Assembly (NCBI GenBank): GCA_963790305.1
Contig: CAWBOC010000005.1
Location: 704,001 to 768,000, forward strand
Source: an uncultured Gemmatimonadaceae bacterium
GTDB taxonomy: Bacteria; Gemmatimonadota; Gemmatimonadetes; Gemmatimonadales; Gemmatimonadaceae
Length of the DNA stretch: 64,000 nucleotides
Reading direction: 5' to 3'
Made by a program: the position numbers and the translations under genes
Notes under the pieces: model-generated
What the model saw: only the letters and a program-made list of their open reading frames with translations
The model's database searches: none
What the model was told of the DNA's origin: nothing
Shown: piece by piece, positions 60,127-64,000 of the stretch
How the letters are laid out: every line of letters starts with the position of its first letter
How positions within the stretch are numbered: position 1 is the stretch's first letter

Positions 60127-61416
60127 GTGCCCTTTGGATCATTCAAGCTCCACCCCGATCTCCTGCGAGGGGTGAAAGAGCTCGGCTTCGTTCGTCCGAC
60201 GCCCATTCAGGCGGACGCCATTCCACCGGCGATCGCCGGCCGCGACGTATTGGCGTGCGCAATGACCGGAAGCGGCAAGACCGCTGCCTTCCTGCTCCCT
60301 GTTCTCAACCGGCTCCTCACGCGGCCGCGGGGCGCTACGCGCGCGCTGGTCGTGACTCCCACGCGCGAGCTGGCGGCGCAGGTGCTCAAGGAGCTCGAGG
60401 ATCTCGCCGTCCACACCCCACTCACGGCGGCGGCAATATTCGGCGGCGTTGGAATGGGGCCGCAGGAGCATGCCTTCCGCAGCGGCGTCGACGTGCTCGT
60501 CGCTACTCCGGGACGACTGCTCGATCATCTCACGCGGCCGTACGCGAAGCTGGACCGCATCGAGTTCCTCGTCCTGGATGAAGCCGACCGAATGCTCGAC
60601 ATGGGCTTCCTCCCCGACATCCGGCGGTTGCTCCGATATCTGCCCCGCAAGCGGCAGACGCTCTTCTTCAGCGCGACAATGCCGGATCCGATCCGCATCC
60701 TTACCCAGGAGATGTTGCACAATCCTGCGACGATCAATCTCGATCGCAAGGCAGCGCCCGCGGTTGGCATCACCCAGGCGGTCTACCCGGTGGCGCAAGA
60801 GCTGAAGTCGCGCCTTCTGCACGAGCTCCTTCGGCGCGGCATCATGCGCGAAGCGCTGGTGTTCACCCGAACGAAGCACCGCGCGAACCGGCTGTGGGAG
60901 TTTCTCGGCAAGCAAGGGATCTCGGTAGCGCGCATCCACGGCAACCGCTCGCAAGGTCAGCGCACCGAGGCGCTCGATGGGTTCAAGAACGGTCGTTACC
61001 GCGTGCTGGTCGCCACCGATATCGCGGCGCGCGGGATCGATGTCGAAGCGTTGGGGCACGTCGTCAACTTCGACGTCCCCGCCGCCGCCGAGGACTACAT
61101 CCACCGCGTTGGCCGTACCGCGCGCGCCGAGCTGACGGGCGAGGCGTTCACGTTGGCGTCGCCGGATGAGGCCAATGAGCTGCGCTCGATCGAGCGTGCC
61201 ATCGGGAAACCGCTGCTCCGCGTGACACTTCCTGATTTCGACTATGACGCCAAGCCCACCGCAAAGCTCGAGGTTCCGCGAGGCGAGCGCATTGCTGAAA
61301 TTCGCGCGCGGCGCAATGCGGAGCGTGCGCGGTCGAAGGCGAAAGCGGAACGCGCGGTAGTGGCGCCGGCCGCCGGATCATCTCCTCGCGGGCGACGTCG
61401 GCGTCGGCCGCGCTAG
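60127..61416 (+). CDS. DEAD-box RNA helicase (RhlE-like)
   Basis: PTPIQ, TGSGKT, PTRELA, DEAD, SAT, HRVGRTAR. Confidence 0.95.
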   Translation: MPFGSFKLHPDLLRGVKELGFVRPTPIQADAIPPAIAGRDVLACAMTGSGKTAAFLLPVLNRLLTRPRGATRALVVTPTRELAAQVLKELEDLAVHTPLTAAAIFGGVGMGPQEHAFRSGVDVLVATPGRLLDHLTRPYAKLDRIEFLVLDEADRMLDMGFLPDIRRLLRYLPRKRQTLFFSATMPDPIRILTQEMLHNPATINLDRKAAPAVGITQAVYPVAQELKSRLLHELLRRGIMREALVFTRTKHRANRLWEFLGKQGISVARIHGNRSQGQRTEALDGFKNGRYRVLVATDIAARGIDVEALGHVVNFDVPAAAEDYIHRVGRTARAELTGEAFTLASPDEANELRSIERAIGKPLLRVTLPDFDYDAKPTAKLEVPRGERIAEIRARRNAERARSKAKAERAVVAPAAGSSPRGRRRRRPR

Positions 61417-62093
61417 TCGAAGATCAAGCGCGCAACGTCGGTCTCGAGATTCCAATAGATGATCGCGAGCGCCGTCAGGTCGAACGCGGCGTGAGCCCAC
61501 ATCAGCATCCATAGGCGGCCGGTGATCGCGTAGATCGTTCCGAACACCAGGCCGACGACCACTCCCTGTTGCACGCCGGGGATCCCCTGCTCGAGATAGT
61601 GGGCCAGACCGAAGGACGTCGCGGTGAGCAGCACGATCGCCGCCTTTGCGCCGCGGCCATGTCCGAAAAGCCTTCCTAGCCGCTCGAACAGATATCCCCG
61701 GAATACGGTTTCCTCGCCCCAGCCCGCCCCGACCGTGACGGCGAAGATCATTCCGGGGAGCGCCGCCGTATTTCCGACGAGGTAGTGGTACGCCTGATTG
61801 ATCGGATCGGCGCCGAGCAGTGGCATCACGACCGCCTTCATCAGGAGCTTGAGCGCGGCGCCGAAAACGAGCCCGACGACCGCGTCGCCGATCCAGCTCC
61901 TGGGGCGAACGTATCCGATGTCGCCCCATGGCGTGCGCGACAGATGGACCCACGCCAGCACCAGAACGGCGCTGAGCGGAGCCACGACCAGGTTCCCGGC
62001 GAGGATGGCGAGAATCGCGAGGATTCCGACCGGTCCGAATCCCCGAAGGCGGGCGGCGGCGGCATCGTCGGCCGACGCGCTCACGTCATGCAA
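61413..62093 (-). CDS. CPBP (Abi/CAAX) family intramembrane glutamic protease
   Basis: EETVFRGYL, FGLAH, HAAFD. Confidence 0.9.
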   Translation of the reverse strand: MHDVSASADDAAAARLRGFGPVGILAILAILAGNLVVAPLSAVLVLAWVHLSRTPWGDIGYVRPRSWIGDAVVGLVFGAALKLLMKAVVMPLLGADPINQAYHYLVGNTAALPGMIFAVTVGAGWGEETVFRGYLFERLGRLFGHGRGAKAAIVLLTATSFGLAHYLEQGIPGVQQGVVVGLVFGTIYAITGRLWMLMWAHAAFDLTALAIIYWNLETDVARLIFD

Positions 62094-62186
62094 TGCTCAT
62101 GGATTGATAATCCAACCATCAGCAGCGCCTAATCCGAAGCCCGTAAGATTGCGTCGTGGAACGAGACCCTTCCAAGGGGGCAGAAG

Positions 62187-62348
62187 ATGCGGCCGAAGCT
62201 TGCACGCATTCTGGTGGCCGTAGTGGCGGTCTTTCTTTTCTACATCATTCTGCGGTCGTCCACGACCCCGAGGCCATCGACCGCCGAGGTTCCGCAGGAC
62301 ACCATGTGCTTCGCGTCGCGCATCGGGCTGCCGTGCAATCCTGACTAA
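62187..62348 (+). CDS. 53-aa small membrane-anchored protein (not in ORF track)
   Basis: AAGGGGG RBS; MRPKLARILVAVVAVFLFYIILRSSTTPRPSTAEVPQDTMCFASRIGLPCNPD. Confidence 0.6.
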   Translation: MRPKLARILVAVVAVFLFYIILRSSTTPRPSTAEVPQDTMCFASRIGLPCNPD

Positions 62349-62725
62349 ATGGGCCGCCGGCGCACGCGGATCGCGCGCAGGGCGGCCGCGACCAGCAGGG
62401 CGATGACCAGGTAAATGGCGACATCGGCGAGAAAGCCACTCAGGTGAAAAAGATCCTCGCCGAGCAGGGCACCAACGAGCGACGCAGCATTGCCGACCGA
62501 GATGCCGTGGTAGTCCGAGATGTAGGGCACGGGGAATCCCAGCACGAGCATCGGGCGGGCGCAAGAGGCGGGGACGGGGGGACAGTCCCAGTCCTGCACT
62601 TCGAGGCGTGTCCCCTGCACGGCGCTGGACGCGAGCGTCAAAGCAACGGCAACGGCCAGTAACGCCACGAACCGTCCGACGCGGCGCATCGCTCGCCGCC
62701 TCGCGTCGTGATTCTGGTGGGACAT
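62345..62725 (-). CDS. Hypothetical membrane protein
   Basis: Two TM segments; CPPVPASC...GFPVPYISD loop. Confidence 0.65.
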   Translation of the reverse strand: MSHQNHDARRRAMRRVGRFVALLAVAVALTLASSAVQGTRLEVQDWDCPPVPASCARPMLVLGFPVPYISDYHGISVGNAASLVGALLGEDLFHLSGFLADVAIYLVIALLVAAALRAIRVRRRPI

Positions 62726-62753
62726 TCGGCTCTGCTCATCCTCCGGGGAATCG

Positions 62754-63320
62754 TCACCCGTCGTTAGGTGGGAAGCATGGGTGCTCTCTGATGCGCAGCA
62801 CCTGCGCGCGGTGCCGGTCGAGATGAAATCTCAGGAACTCGAGTCGCTGGTGGGCGTCGAGCGGGCCAGAGATCGGGTGGGGATACACGATCGCCGTCAG
62901 CCCGGTTCCCTGCGACTCCGCCAACCTGAGCTCCTTCGCGAGCGCCTCGAGCAAGGGCTGACAGCTTCGCAGCGCCGCGGCCCAGAACGCGACCGGTCCA
63001 CCCCATCGCGGAGCCGCGATCGGCGGCACCTGCTCGCGGTCCTTCCACGTCGATCCAATGACCTCTTCGATCGGCCGCCCCCGGTGCACTGGATCGCCGG
63101 TCCACACTGGACGGCCCGCACGAATCCCCTCGAGCGCCCGCCAAATCCCGTTGATGCCGACGTGCTCGGCGAGCGTGATGTGCTCGACGTTCTCGGTGAT
63201 CGACCACGCGCCGGACTCGGGCCGGAACTCCGCCTGGTCGGCCGACGGCGTGCCCACCGCGTCGAGGAATCGCTCGCGCGCCGCTGCGACATCGCGCAGG
63301 AGACGATCGATCTCACTCAT
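62754..63320 (-). CDS. DinB family protein
   Basis: WSITENVEHITLAE, HPISGPL, FHLDRHRAQV. Confidence 0.88.
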   Translation of the reverse strand: MSEIDRLLRDVAAARERFLDAVGTPSADQAEFRPESGAWSITENVEHITLAEHVGINGIWRALEGIRAGRPVWTGDPVHRGRPIEEVIGSTWKDREQVPPIAAPRWGGPVAFWAAALRSCQPLLEALAKELRLAESQGTGLTAIVYPHPISGPLDAHQRLEFLRFHLDRHRAQVLRIREHPCFPPNDG

Positions 63321-63442
63321 ACGATCTCCCGGCTAAAGGATCTCGCCTCGCGCATCGAGGAACGGCTATATAGCTATATGATCATACGGCCTGCCAGAGA
63401 CGCGCCGGACGATCGAACCCCGTGCCGGATGGAGGATCGGGT

Positions 63443-64000
63443 ATGATGACGAAGCGACCATTGCATTTCGCCCTCGCTGCACTGGGCTGCGCCATCCTCG
63501 TGGCCGCGAGCTTCCCGGGATCGGCGGATCGCGATCCGTCGGATGCACGCGTTACCGCGGCAGAGAACGACATCGCGGGCGTCGTCACCGGTCCCAAGGG
63601 GCCAGAGGCCGGAGTTTGGGTGATCGCCGAGACGTCGGACCTGCCGACGAAGTTCGTCAAAATCGTCGTCACCGATGATCGCGGACGGTACGTCATCCCC
63701 GAGCTTCCCAAGGCGAACTACAGCGTCTGGGTGCGCGGCTATGGGCTGGTCGATTCGCCGAAGCATCGCGCTGCTCCGGGCGCCACGCTCAATCTGACTG
63801 CCGTGGTCGCGCCGGATGCGCGCGCGGCCGCCGAGTACTATCCGGCTGGCTACTGGTACTCGCTGATGCGTATTCCCGACAAGAGCGAGTTCCCCGGGAC
63901 GGGACCCGACGGCAACGGCATCTCGCCTAACGTGACGAGCCAGGCGCAGTGGCTGCGGAGCGTGAAGTCGGGCGGCTGCCTGGCCTGCCACCAGCTGGGC
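63443..64000 (+). CDS. Secreted carboxypeptidase-regulatory-like domain protein with CxxCH motif (truncated by window end; not in ORF track)
   Basis: GGAGG RBS; signal peptide; GVWVIAET...VVTDDRGRYVIPELP...VWVRGYGLVDS; CLACHQLG; frame open to 64000. Confidence 0.8.
   Translation, partial: MMTKRPLHFALAALGCAILVAASFPGSADRDPSDARVTAAENDIAGVVTGPKGPEAGVWVIAETSDLPTKFVKIVVTDDRGRYVIPELPKANYSVWVRGYGLVDSPKHRAAPGATLNLTAVVAPDARAAAEYYPAGYWYSLMRIPDKSEFPGTGPDGNGISPNVTSQAQWLRSVKSGGCLACHQLG

Noticed and set aside
62307..62336. Resemblance of CFASRIGLPC to the natriuretic peptide ring
   Set aside because: The loop is much shorter and the match is too short to be meaningful.
1..64000. Prophage, DGR/retron, rRNA/tRNA or classical IS
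   Set aside because: No reverse transcriptase, integrase, DDE/HUH transposase, phage structural gene or RNA-gene signature was recognised.

Overview
GC-rich bacterial chromosomal window. Gene content (many secreted peptidases/amidohydrolases, DinB, DUF885, lipoproteins) suggests Gemmatimonadota; this is an inference. It holds about 55 CDS: hydrolases, a LytS/LytTR pair, a cytochrome P450, a TetR-TolC-RND efflux operon, an ABC-2 exporter, tag, msrA, pheA, sixA and a DEAD-box helicase. I saw no rRNA, tRNA, CRISPR array, DDE transposase or integrase. About 12 genes carry single-base frameshifts that look like long-read assembly errors. The most striking signal is intergenic: about 17 palindromic elements built from inverted 7- or 9-nt tandem units, in at least six families. 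One family (GGCATCCAGGTTCAAAGTTGGGACGCGGATT ends) occurs as two gene-less ~200-bp copies and as a third copy whose arms enclose a GxxExxY PD-(D/E)XK-like nuclease gene. This looks like an autonomous/non-autonomous mobile-repeat pair, analogous to RAYT/REPIN but with a different enzyme. All product calls come from motif recognition by eye, not database searches.
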